From contig CM059431.1 in assembly GCA_030390025.1 (NCBI GenBank), positions 132,496,001-132,560,000 of the forward strand: a stretch of DNA of 64,000 nt. Reading direction: 5' to 3'. Below, piece after piece: positions 1 to 10,649 of the stretch. Under the pieces are notes generated by a model. That model did not search any database. It was given only the letters and a program-made list of their open reading frames with translations, and was not told the origin of the DNA. The translations under genes were made by a program, and so were the position numbers. Source of the DNA: Squalus acanthias (lineage: Eukaryota). Position 1 is the stretch's first letter. Every line of letters begins with the position of its first letter.

Positions 1-760
1 ATTGCTCTCCCACTCTTTTTCCTCCCCTCCTGTGCAGCTGAGCCACTCGTAGTGCCACGGACTTGGCTCTTGCTGCATTCCCCTGAGAAACCATCTCCCC
101 CATCAGTATCCAAAACGGAAAATCTGTCGGAGAGAGAGATGGACCCAGCGGACTTCTGCACTACCTTCCTAGTTCTTTTACTCTGTCTGGTGGTCACCCA
201 TTCCCTGTCTGCCTGTGCACTCTTTACCTGCGGTGTGACCAACTTGTTAAATGTGCTAGCCAAGAAGATCTCAGCTTCACAGATGCTCCACAGTGACTCC
301 AGCCGCAGCTCCAGCTCCGAAACATTGATTTCGAGTAGCTGCAGCTGGAGACACTTCCTGCACATGTGTTCGCCCTGGACACCTAAAGTGTCCCTGACTT
401 CCAACATAGCACAGGAGGAGCACTCCACACTGTCGAGCTGCCCTGCCATGTCCTACCATTAATTTACTCCTTTTAAATTAAAGAATATTAAATACACTAG
501 GGACCTTACTTCCCTTTAAACACTACTTACTCTAAACTAGAGACCTTACTTTTACTTTAATGACTGGAATGTAGAAATACTGTAGAAATACTCACCGCTG
601 GTTCTCTGTCCCCTCTTGTGCAGCTTTTTAGCTCCTGCTCTCCTGGAAGCTGACAAAGATGGAAAAAGAAAGGAACACCTCACTCCCCAAACTCACAGTT
701 TAACACTCTGTTCCAATCTGCTCATTTGAAATTGGGCCTTGGGCCTCATCTGAATAATAT
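1..760 (-). mobile_element. 5' end of a CR1 LINE (5' UTR plus start of ORF1), continuing beyond the window start
   Basis: Contains the ORF1 start below. The upstream AT-rich UTR has short direct repeats (GACCTTACTT twice, TGTAGAAATAC twice). Upstream boundary approximate. Confidence 0.8.
3..449 (-). CDS. CR1 ORF1p N-terminus (CxxC..CxxC zinc finger plus leucine zipper), partial, open to the window edge
   Basis: My translation from ATG 449: MAGQLDSVECSSCAMLEVRDTLGVQGEHMCRKCLQLQLLEINVSELELRLESLWSICEAE...EWVTTRQSKR...SLSDRFSVLD...GRKKSGRA. Absent from the ORF track because it has no stop inside the window. Confidence 0.8.
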   Translation of the reverse strand, partial: MAGQLDSVECSSCAMLEVRDTLGVQGEHMCRKCLQLQLLEINVSELELRLESLWSICEAEIFLASTFNKLVTPQVKSAQADREWVTTRQSKRTRKVVQKSAGSISLSDRFSVLDTDGGDGFSGECSKSQVRGTTSGSAAQEGRKKSGRA

Positions 761-770
761 CAGTGAGCTG

Positions 771-945
771 CATAGGAACATAGGAACAGGAGTACTCCAT
801 TCAGCCACTCAAGCCTGCTCTGCTATTCAATTAGATCATGGCTGATCTGTACCTCAACTCCATTTATCTGCCTTAGCTCCATATCCCTTGATACCCTTAC
901 CTAACAAAAATCTATTTATCTAAGTCCTGAAAGCTCTAATTGTCC
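771..945 (-). mobile_element. CR1 3' end fragment
   Basis: CATAGGAA tail repeats, GATCATGGCTGATC 3' UTR motif and the C-terminal GIKGYG codons, as in the other CR1 ends here. Confidence 0.85.
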
Positions 946-2539
946 TACCATCCACATCGCTTTATTTCGCGGAAGCTACTGAGAAAACAGCAAAGCATGT
1001 CCAGCTCAGTTTATGACCAATTTCAGAGAAGGATCCTCAAACAGGCACTAACCCCCTCATTAGCATATGCAAGTGGCCTAACACCTGTTCCAGGCAGACG
1101 CCAGGAATGCTTGAGTATTGCCCGAGCAAACATGACCGGCATTTTTCAGGCACCTTTGGGGCGTGAGACATATCCTGGCAAAATTGGATCTTTTTGGTCC
1201 TGTTTGGTACCTGAAAACAGGTGAAACAAGGTTCAATTTCACCCCCAGTTTTTTTAATTTAAAACTTTGTAAGTAGCTGAAATTACTAATGTCATCTGTT
1301 AAATAAATAGTTTTTAAAAATCTGTAACTTGGAATGTTCCTGAAAATTGAACACAGTAGCTGAGTTTGTCCAGAACTCAAGCAGTTTACTGCAAGTGATC
1401 AAGTTCAGCATAGTAGGATTTGAAATTCAGGTCATGCCAAAGGTTGCCCAATTTTTCAGAGGCCAGCAGACCCTTCCCTCCCACTTGTGGACCATGAGGC
1501 CTGCCGGCAATGTTCCCTTTAAGCTGCCTGGCCGCGCGGCAATCTGCAGGTCCCGCGCAGCCGGCTCAACAGCGTTCTAATGGAAAAAAACACAGTAATT
1601 TGAATGGGCCGCGCAACCTCTTAAAGGGGCCACACAGCCCAAAAAAATTAGCCGGCCAGTTAAAATCACCGTGGCCTCATACTGTCACGGGTGGGCAGGA
1701 AACTAATTGAAACTAGTGGTTTCCTGCCAAAAAAAACATTGCCAGTTAAACACCAACGCCCCCCACCACCCCGCCCCCAACCGCACCTATTTACTGATCT
1801 GGATTTTTAAAAGAAATGGAGTTGAAGCGAGATAGAAATAGAGACATACACTTATTTACACTTGTCCTCAGAAACAAGAGGCACAATGAAAACCAGATGA
1901 ATATTAACTATATTAACTAGTAGTAATGGAGTCCATAGACCTTGTTGGATAAGCATAGTAAATACGTACAAATAAGGTTCAGTGCATAAACATTTATGTG
2001 GCTATAAACATAAACATATTTGTACTAAATATTAGTGTAAGTCCATCTAAAGAAATAACATTAGTACCAACCAGATTCACCTTGTGAGCCCAGATTTTGT
2101 GCTGGCAGCCAAATTGAGCTATGCTTCCCAGTGGTATGGAAGGACCTATGCCACGAGTGGCAAGCACTGGCCTCACCAAATGTTGTAAGGTTAATGTGAA
2201 GAGTCATCTCCTACAATTTAACTCTTAGCAACCCTTCCACCTAGTGAAACCTTTCAGCTGTCCAGCTTCTACCTACTTGCCAAAGGAAAAGTAATGAAGG
2301 ATGTTGCCCCTTCCAAGCATAGCACCTTTTACTTGCTTGATGCATCTGTGGACTGCAGACTGGCTAATCTGGCAGATATCTCCTGGGGTGGATTGGAAGG
2401 ATCTGCTAATATAAAAGCTTCATGCTGTGATAACCTGAACAGCTACAGGAAGAACCACCCCTTCAGTAGAAGTTGTCTGCAGGTCAGTCTGGAGCAGATA
2501 GCATTAACCAGTCACAGGCTGTCTAGTGAAGAGGACATG

Positions 2540-2670
2540 ATGCGGAGATGCCGGTGTTGGACTGGGGTGGACAAAAATGAGAAGTCGCACAACACCAGGT
2601 TATAGTCCAACAGTTTTATTTGAAATCACAAGCTTTCGGAGCTTACGTGGCCCCTTCCTCAGGTGAAGTA
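2540..2670 (-). mobile_element. Penelope-like element pLTR remnant (family 1)
   Basis: Carries a minimal hammerhead motif followed by AAATAAA on the minus strand. Confidence 0.65.
2626..2666 (-). ncRNA. Minimal type I hammerhead ribozyme, core intact
   Basis: Minus strand reads UCAC-CUGAGGA-A-GGGGC-CACGUAA-GCUCC-GAA-AGCU-U-GUGA: stem I UCAC/GUGA, core CUGANGA and GAAA, stem II, palindromic AGCU stem III. Confidence 0.7.
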
Positions 2671-3567
2671 AAGAAATACAGACTCGACAAAGCATATATA
2701 GATAGAGAACAGTGCATGTGTAACTTACAATGGCAGACGACTACATTTAACTCATCCTGACTGTTTATCTGCCGAGGTGTGACAAAAGGCAATCAGGTCA
2801 GCCAGGAAGGTACCACATCTAGTGAAGAGGAAGCAGCAAAGGCAGATCTGCTTTGACATCCCCAGATAGGATTGTTGACGTCTACAAATGTGAGTTCTGG
2901 GCTACTAGTGAGTGCGGACAAAATATATTGGGCCGGAATTTGTGGTGGGTAATAACAATGAACGAACCCTATGTGAGATCCCCAATCTTTGTTTTTCTCC
3001 TGTAGACAGTTTGTTGAAGTCACAGCAGCTCGTGTTAGGGATTCCCCATTAACTTACACTGATTTCAACTGATCATAGGAAAAGCTGAACTTCTCGCAAC
3101 AGAGATTGTGAGAGCTTTGTGGGAAGCTTACTTCGGGGTCAGCGGCGAATGCCTTTGCTTCGCCGCTGGCCGCACATTACGGGACATAAGATTTTCCTGC
3201 ACTATCCCGCTCAAAAACAGGGAGGATAGTGGTGGAAAAGAAGGCAATATCAGGCAGCAAAGCCCACCTCTGCATCCCCACCCCAGGCTTGATTTCCCTT
3301 CCCTCCTGCCACCTGCCAGGAAGGTCATAGCTGCCTATTCCCATCCACAACATGTAAATACTGACAGAGATGTAGGACCCGCGTTCCAGGCACATTTCAG
3401 TCCCTATCATCACTGTTTTCACCATCCCAAAGGGCTGCCAGGAAAAAGGTGGTGATAGGCTCTAGGGCAACAGCAAAACGTTCCCAAAGAATGGAGGGAG
3501 AGGCTTTATTCATGGCCTTCTCTTCCTCCATATAGGCCCATTAGGCAACAGTCTCAGCCAAGGCCTA

Positions 3568-4120
3568 AAAACATAGAAACATAGAAGATAGGAGCAGGAG
3601 TAGGCTATGATAAATTGGCTATGATAAATTGACCCTTAGTGTTAGGGGGAGATTAAATATGTGGGGTTATGGGGATAGGATGGGATATGTTAGGGGGAAT
3701 TAAATACGTGGGGTTACAGGGGTAGGGTGGGATATGTGTACTGTGGGGATTAAAGCAGGGACAGGGTACTGGATTTGGATGATCAGCCATGATCGTATTG
3801 AATGGTGGAGCAGGCTTGACGGGCCGAATGGCCTACTCCTGCTCCTAGATTCTATGTTTCTATGTTTCTATTCAGCCCCTTGAGCCTGCTCTGCCATTCG
3901 ATGAGATCATGGCTGATCATCCAAACTCAGTACCCTGTACCTGCCTTCTCCCCATATCCCTTGATACCTTTAGCTTTAAGAAATATATCTAACTCATTCT
4001 TGAATATATTTAATGACTTGGCCTCAACTACCTTCTGTGGTAGAGAATTCCACAGGTTCACCACTCTCTGGGTGAAGAAATTCTTCCTCATTTCTGTCCT
4101 AAATGGCTTACCCCTTATTT
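3568..4120 (-). mobile_element. CR1 3' fragment interrupted by a SINE
   Basis: ORF 3927..4154 ends GKPFRTEMRKNFFTQRVVNLWNSLPQKVVEAKSLNIFKNELDIFL..GIKGYG. The tail resumes at 3568-3605. Confidence 0.9.
3603..3871 (+). mobile_element. 5'-truncated HE1-like V-SINE (3' half)
   Basis: Near-identical to 18352-18617, including the internal ~45-bp tandem duplication and the TTTCTATG tail repeats. Confidence 0.85.
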
Positions 4121-4746
4121 TTCCTCTTTGGGACTCTTCTGCCCCTTTAAACATTGAGCTGTGTCTTCAGATGCTGCAGCGGTGGTGCTGTGGCAGCATC
4201 GGTGGCATTTTGTCATCTGCCAGCAACAGCTTCCCACTGGGTGGTGGGATTCCTGCCGGAAGCCCTGATCGAGGAGTATTGGTTGGGATCACGGCATTGT
4301 CGGGGCGGTTGGTGGAAGTCATTCTCTGCCGCAATACAGCCAAGAAGAGGAGAATCTAGGCTAATGCTTCAGGTGTTGCATCTGCAGTTGGTGCCCACTC
4401 ATGAACTTGTCTTACTCATCTGAATTGTGGAGTGCTAGGGGGACCCCAACCCCCCACCCCCGCCCTGCCCCAAAAGAAATTCCTATTCTCAGCATTTTGT
4501 TTGATGTAACTTCAATTGCAGCAGCGAGCACTAATTTTTGTCAATTCTTGTAAAAATACATGGGTGCGAAATTGAGCTTGGGAGCACCCTTGTTTGGGCG
4601 CCACGGGTGCTGATCGGGGATCAAAATGCCATCCGCTGCCTGCGCACACACTTCTGCCATGAATTGTGGCGGACACCATATTGGTGAAGGCATTAGCGCG
4701 CGCAGCTAACGTCCGCTGGATGTATGCAGAGCAGGCGGACCATGAC

Positions 4747-4873
4747 TATGGGATATGGGGATCGTGCGGGACAGTGGAGTTGAGGTAGAAGATCAGCCAT
4801 GATCTTATTGAATGGCGGAGAAGGCTCGAGAAGCCATATGGCCAACTTCTGCTCCTAATTCTTATGTCCTTAT
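4747..4873 (+). mobile_element. CR1 3' tail inserted in element A
   Basis: GATCAGCCATGATC motif and CTTATG tail repeats; ATGAC occurs on both sides (possible TSD). Confidence 0.8.
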
Positions 4874-5344
4874 GACGTCAATCAGCACGCAACGATGAAT
4901 TGACGCCAACGCTCCAGCTGATGCCCTCTCTTAACCTCGCACAGCTGAACACACATTAAGCAGCTGGAAGGAGCCCCCACCAGCACTATTTAAACGGATC
5001 ATCAACTACTTACAGGTTAGTTGCTGGTTGATTTCTTCTGGCTGTTGGTACAATTTTACAAGTGTTTGGTGCTTTCCATAGCCGTTTCAAGTTGCAAAAG
5101 TCTACAAGGAGTGGTGTGGCAGGTGCTGAAGGACTTTTTGCTGACTTCAAGGCTTCTGCTCAAACCAGTTGCTCCCAGACATGGGTGGACTAGTAGGCCT
5201 TCCTCTTGGCATTGAGCATGACTGGGAGAATGAGCAGAGGCCATGCAGAGCAGGACAAGCTGCTAGAAGAGCGAGGAGGAGGAAGGGGAGAAGGGCTCTC
5301 AGCAGGAGGCCATATCTGCAGAGGGTCTGTAGGGAGCAGATTTG

Positions 5345-6800
5345 TTGGAGAAAAAATTGCAGGAATGCCGTGATGCCCTGGGAGCCCATTTGCACACTGG
5401 TACCCAGAGCCATGATGGCAGCAGTCTAAGCTTCCACTGCAGCAGAAGCTGAGACATCGACCATCAGAAGCTGCATCATGGTTGGGTCCACAAGTGTGCT
5501 AATGGAGTTGGCCATCTCTTCCGTGCTGGAAAGGCTCCAAGCTCCACACAAAGCCCTGTGCCAAGTTGGTGCCGGACTCCTCCATCCTCCTTGACAGTGA
5601 ATGCAGGCTTTCTGGCAGGCTTCCCAATGCACCAAGCATTTCATTGTGCATACACATCAGCCTTCTTCTGTAGCCTGCCCCATTGAAGTCCTCATCCGAG
5701 TCCACTGCAGCAGAACCCGTGTGCAACCTCGCCCTCCGGCGAGCTGGCACCTGAGCTATCCTTACTCCCTGCCCTGGCTGCAGCGCTCTCATACCTGGTG
5801 TCTCAACACGTGCAGATCCCTCCTCTATGCTATCCTCTAAGATACGCGCAGTGTCAATATCTAAGCTGGTGGCTGCGAGAGTAAAATCAAGTGACAGTGT
5901 GTCTTCATCAACACTCTATTCTTGGTCTTCCTCCACTGCCTGGCCAGGTTGCAGTTCTTGGGTATCTGAAAGGAGAAAGGCACAAGGGTGAGGCTGTGGT
6001 GAGTGGAGGGGGGGAAAGTAAGAGGTGCATGCTTACATCATCTGCAGCTTGTATGGCAAAAGAGATTGTGGGATGAGGGGGAAGTGGGATGTGAGAATGA
6101 GGATTAGGTATGAGGATATCGTCATCTTCAATGGTTTCAGCCCCATTGTTGGCCACGGCATCAGCAATGCTGTTCCAATAATGTCCAGCACTGTCTCTTC
6201 CATGGGCCTAGGACACGCAGGCATGCCTGTCCCCCTTCAGTTAGTTCCTGCTGCCTCAGGTTTGTGCCTTCTTATCTGGCAAGAGAGAGGGAAGTATGTC
6301 AGTGAGTCATGGAATCTGTTTGGGTGATGTGGCTGTCATGGTTGAATAGCTGGTAATGTGTGCAAGCTGTGAGATGTGGGTGTGAGGCTTGCAGCATTGA
6401 TAAGTGTGTGATGGTGCGGTGGAGCATATGAATGTTAGGTATGAGTCGTGATTGATAGAGGTTGTTGGCAGGTGAGTGATGGGGGTGTGGCGAATTGAGT
6501 AGTGGCTGAGGCTAGTGGTGCAAATGGTAGGATATGGTATTTGAAGATGTATTCACTGACCTTGACCACTCGTGTGAGGTCATTGAACTTCTTGTGCCAC
6601 TGCATCTAGGTTCTTGGGGCTAGACTTCTGGCATTAACCTCCATGGCTATCTGCTCCCACTACCTTTTGACCGTGTGTCTGGAGGGCATCCTGGCCTCCT
6701 GCAGATACAGGACATCTCTCCTCCTTTCCACCTCCTCCACCAAGATCTCCAGTGCAGCGTCAGAAAACCTTGGGGTCCACTCTCTCCCATGGTGTGCCAT
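5345..6800 (-). pseudogene. Harbinger Myb/SANT-like DNA-binding gene, 3 exons, disrupted
   Basis: Exon 1 (6800-6561) MAHHGREWTPRFSDAALEILVEEVERRRDVLY...R*WEQIAMEVNARSLAPRT*MQWHKKFNDLTRVVK|GTCAGT. Exon 2 about 6275-6115; exon 3 acceptor CCTTTCTCCTTTCAG near 5965. In-frame stops present. Confidence 0.85.
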
Positions 6801-7559
6801 TCTTCACTGTTTCCCAGGTCACATTCACTTCCTGCACGACTGCCAGCACCTGATCCAGGCACAATGCACCTCCCCTTTAAGAGGTGCAGGCTAGCTTTAA
6901 GCAGTGCAAGCTAGTTTTAAGAAGTGCTAGGAAGTTACGATTTTTGGCCTCCTGCTGATGCGTGCAGCCATAGAACAGCATGGTTAATGCTGGCTGCATG
7001 CAGAAATCATGCTAATGAGCCGGTAGCACAAAGATGGTGTGCTGCCTGCATTTTAAACAATGAGCGTGGGTTAATCACGCATCGCGATCTCCGCGCCCAT
7101 TTTTGTGGGCAATCCAATTTAGCCCCCATATGAGAAGACAGCCTCCATCCACAGCAACAGAAACTAACACGGGGAGCAAAATGCAACTGTACATTAATGC
7201 CTCTCCAAAAAATATATAAATTTAATATTAACTTTTGAAAACGAAATCAAGCTTTAAGAATCCAATTTCAGCAGGTCAGGTCAGTGAATTAGTCATGTGC
7301 TGATTTTATATGGAATAGTTAAGTGCCAGGGCACAGTTCACCCAAAGAATGTGAAATTTTACAATGAACCTTTGTTTTCCAAAGCTGAAGTTTTTCCATG
7401 TTTCCTCATTATGCCTGTGCTCCTCTGGTGTTTTATTTTCTTTGCCGATTTTTCTCCCTGTTCTCCCCTCCTCCTTTGCTTGCTGAGGTACAGTTTCACA
7501 GGCACCAGGATCCTCTTGATACATTTACCAGTGACCGTTATTCATTACAGAGCCTTGAC

Positions 7560-7810
7560 AGTGAGTGTCAGCAAGCTGATTGATCATAGGAGGACATTAC
7601 AGTCGAGCCCAATGCTGGCCTCACCCAATGTCCACATGAACACCTCCAGCAGGAATGCTGCCGAACAATTAGGAAGCTAAACTGTGGCCAATTTTTCCAT
7701 TGACAACCCAGATACACTGATGACAACTGTGACACTCCACTGTTTCCCTGGCTGAGATCAGCTAACTAAGCACAAACTGAGAATTGAACCGAGACATTCT
7801 TGGTCCAAAT
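7560..7810 (-). mobile_element. Old tRNA-derived SINE remnant, family unassigned
   Basis: B-box-like GGTTCAATTC followed by TTAGCTGATCTCAGCCAGG on the minus strand. Confidence 0.4.
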
Positions 7811-7911
7811 ATATTTCTCATGTGCATCTGTGCTCCATGTCAATCAGAGTCTTAAATTTTCTGTCTACTTGTTAATGTTTGTGGACGAAAATCATCTCCA
7901 CCCTTCAGCAG

Positions 7912-8965
7912 GAATCCAGGCTCCGCCCCACAGCGTTAATCCAGGCTCCGCCCCTTAGCGTTAATCCAGGCTCCGCCCCTCAGTGTTAATCCAGGCTCCG
8001 CCCCTTAGCGTTAATCCAGGCTCCGCCCCTCAGCGTTAATCCAGGCTCCGCCCCACAGCATTAATCCAGGCTCCTCCCCTCAGCGTTAATCCAGGCTCCG
8101 CCCCTCAGCATCAATCCAGGCTCCGCCTTTTAGCATTAATCCAGGCTCCGCCCCTCAGCATCAATCCAGGCTCTGCCTCTTAGCGCTAATCTAGGCTCCG
8201 CCCCACAGCGTTAATCCAGGCTCCGCCCCTCAGCGTTAATCCAGGCTCCGCCCTACGATGTTAATCCAGGCTCCGCCCCTCGACATTAATCCAGACTCTG
8301 CCCCTCAGCGTTAATCCAGGCTCCGCCCCTCAACATTAATCCAGGCTCCGCCCCTCAGCATTAATCCAGGCTCCGTCCCTCAGCGTTAATCCAGGCTCCG
8401 CCCCACAGCATTAATCCAGGCTCCGCCCCACAGCATTAATCCAGGCTCCGCCCCACAGCGTTAATCCAGGCTCCACCCCTCAGCATTAATCCAGGCTCCA
8501 CCCCTCAGTGTTAATCCAGGCTCCGCCCCACAGCGTTAATCCAGGCTCCACCCCTCAGCATTAATCCAGGCTCCACCCCTCAGCGTTAATCCAGGCTCCG
8601 CCCCTCAGCGTTAATCCATGCTCCGCCCCACAGCGTTAATCCAGGCTCCGCCCCTCAGCATTAACCCAGGCTCCACCCCTCAGTGTTAATCCAGGCTCCG
8701 CCCCACAGCATTAATCCAGGCTCCGCCCCACAGCGTTAATCCAGGCTCCGCCCCTCAGCATTAATCCAGGCTCCGCCCCTCAGCGTTAATCCAGGCTCCG
8801 CCCCTCAGCGTTAATCCAGGCTCCGCCCCTCAGCATTAATCCAGGCTCCGCCCCTCAGTGTTAATCCAGGCTCCGCCCCTCAGCGTTAATCCAGGCTCCG
8901 CCCCTCAGCGTTAATCCAGGCTCCGCCCCACAGCATTAATCCAGGCTCCGCCCCTCAGCGTTTAT
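7912..8965. repeat. Minisatellite, about 42 copies of a 25-bp unit TAATCCAGGCTCCGCCCCTCAGCGT
   Basis: Directly visible; unit starts are 25 bp apart, with point variants and no spacers. Confidence 0.98.
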
Positions 8966-10649
8966 CCTGGTCCACTGCTCAGCGGAGCTTCTGACAAGAT
9001 GACCTGTTCCTGCACCAGGGAATTGAATGCAGATTAACAAAGTAGTCAGGAATTCTTGTTTATAGTTTTCCAAGTTTGGGAATTCCCGCCCACAATGTGC
9101 AGCAGTGTTCAATTCCTTGCAGCAGCAACAGGTAGGAGCAGGGAGTAGTGTTGAAGGAGGGGGGAAGAGAGCCAGAAGAGGCATCTGGGATTGGGAGAAT
9201 ACCCGCATGAAATAGGGAGGGAGCAGGAGAAAGGTGAGAGCATGAATCGGGATGCAGAAGAAGAGTGCCAACATGAAATGAGGTGAGGAAAGCAGAAGAT
9301 CTGACAAGCCTGTGCCCTAATGTACTTCCAGGAGGTAATTTTCCAAGCACGTGTTGATAATGGCGGAACATCACCTGCTGCCATTGTATTTTGGAAAATC
9401 ACAGACAACGCAGCTGTGATGTTGTAATGTGCACTGCCAGCAAGCAAGGTTCTTCATTGCCAGTCTATACACAGAAAATTACCCCCCCCCACACCCGCCC
9501 CCCCCGGCCCCCCAACCCATGTAAAAATGTGATATGTGATTTAGGACAATTGGGGGGACGGGTGCTAAAGTGTGCAGGAATCCAGCATATCAGATCGCTA
9601 TCTACTTCCCGCCCTGTCCACCCAAATATCTCCTGAAAATTGAACGGTGCTTGATGAGAAATCCAGGCTTCAGTCTATGATCATCTTCCCTCAAACTTAT
9701 AGTGAAAGAAATCTCACACTAAACAACAAACACTCCCACAGTAACCATGCTGACAACAGTGAATAGGAGCTCCAGACTAGCCAATTAAAACAATTCCTGC
9801 AGTCGCAGCCATGGCAACAGGAACAGTAAGAATCATATTTTGCTTACTGTTTTGAGTAAGTTGTGATTTCTGTGATGGTGTGACGTCAATTCTCAGTAAG
9901 CCTATCTCACTTGTATTTCAATTTTTGGACTATTATAAGCTTTAAAAAAATAGACAATCTTGCTGATTCCACAGTAACGAAAGTGTAGCAGGGCAGCACT
10001 TCTGCCCACCACTTTGGTCCTTCTGTGACCCCATCCTAGATCTTGGCGACAGCCATTACCATATTAGGGGCAGGCCTCCATGCCAGTAGCGCTACTAGAT
10101 ACCCACCCAGCACCACTGCTATAACTTTGGATTGACACTTTGCCAGTCCGAGAAGGAGATCCGCAGGCCAGTTTGGCCAAAGAGGAGAAGGTGGGCAAAT
10201 GTTGTGCTTTGTTGTTCAATCAACGGCAGGTTCAGAATCAAATTGCTTTAATTTCTGTTTGGTGGGGCCCACATGTGGCACAGAATGGCACCTACTCCTG
10301 CTTTCTGCAGATAGGTTCAGTCCCCACCACTTACACCGTCCATACTTACCACGGGCAGCCGCCAATATAGAGCTAACCATTTGCCATTTCCAATGAAGCC
10401 AATTTCAAAGGCACTGTTTATAAAACATTAAGCGCGCTGACTATTTCGGGCATACTTTGTCATGTCGCTTTCCTTTCTTGTCCTGCCTCTCTCATTCAGT
10501 TGGATACAAGGTTGTTTCCATGAACTTCCATGCAGTGAAGTAGAATTTTAATGGTACTCTTGGTCCTGCAGCTGCTACAGTTGCACGATTGAAGTCAGGA
10601 GCATGGAAATTGAAGGTAGTAAGGAAGCAGAAACTGTGCAATTGGTACA

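Larger units (their letters stand above)
2930..4490. mobile_element. Possible Harbinger-type non-autonomous element hosting the CR1/SINE insertion
   Basis: Begins ATT|GGGCCGGAATTT like other Harbinger termini here and has a CCCCTTTAAA motif near 4142. The right terminus was not found. Confidence 0.3.
4562..7127. mobile_element. Harbinger element A, internally deleted (transposase stub plus Myb/SANT gene)
   Basis: Imperfect TIRs GGGTGCGAAATTG (4562) and CAATTTAGCCCCC (7115-7127). Transposase-like N-terminal stub MGGLVGLPLG...RRALSRRPYLQRVCREQ at 5181-5340 is joined to the Myb gene 3' part. Confidence 0.8.

Noticed and set aside
52..462. 136-aa plus-strand ORF
   Set aside because: Antisense shadow of CR1 ORF1.
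960..1760. Possible Harbinger-type MITE (CCTTTAAG and CCTCTTAAAGGGG motifs)
   Set aside because: No matching TIR pair or coding remnant could be defined.
7306..7524. Minus-strand charged ORF as an exon (QAKEEGRTGRK...)
   Set aside because: Weak polypyrimidine tract and donor; no recognisable homology.
7912..8965. CRISPR-like regular array
   Set aside because: Units are contiguous with no unique spacers, there are no cas genes, and the context is eukaryotic.
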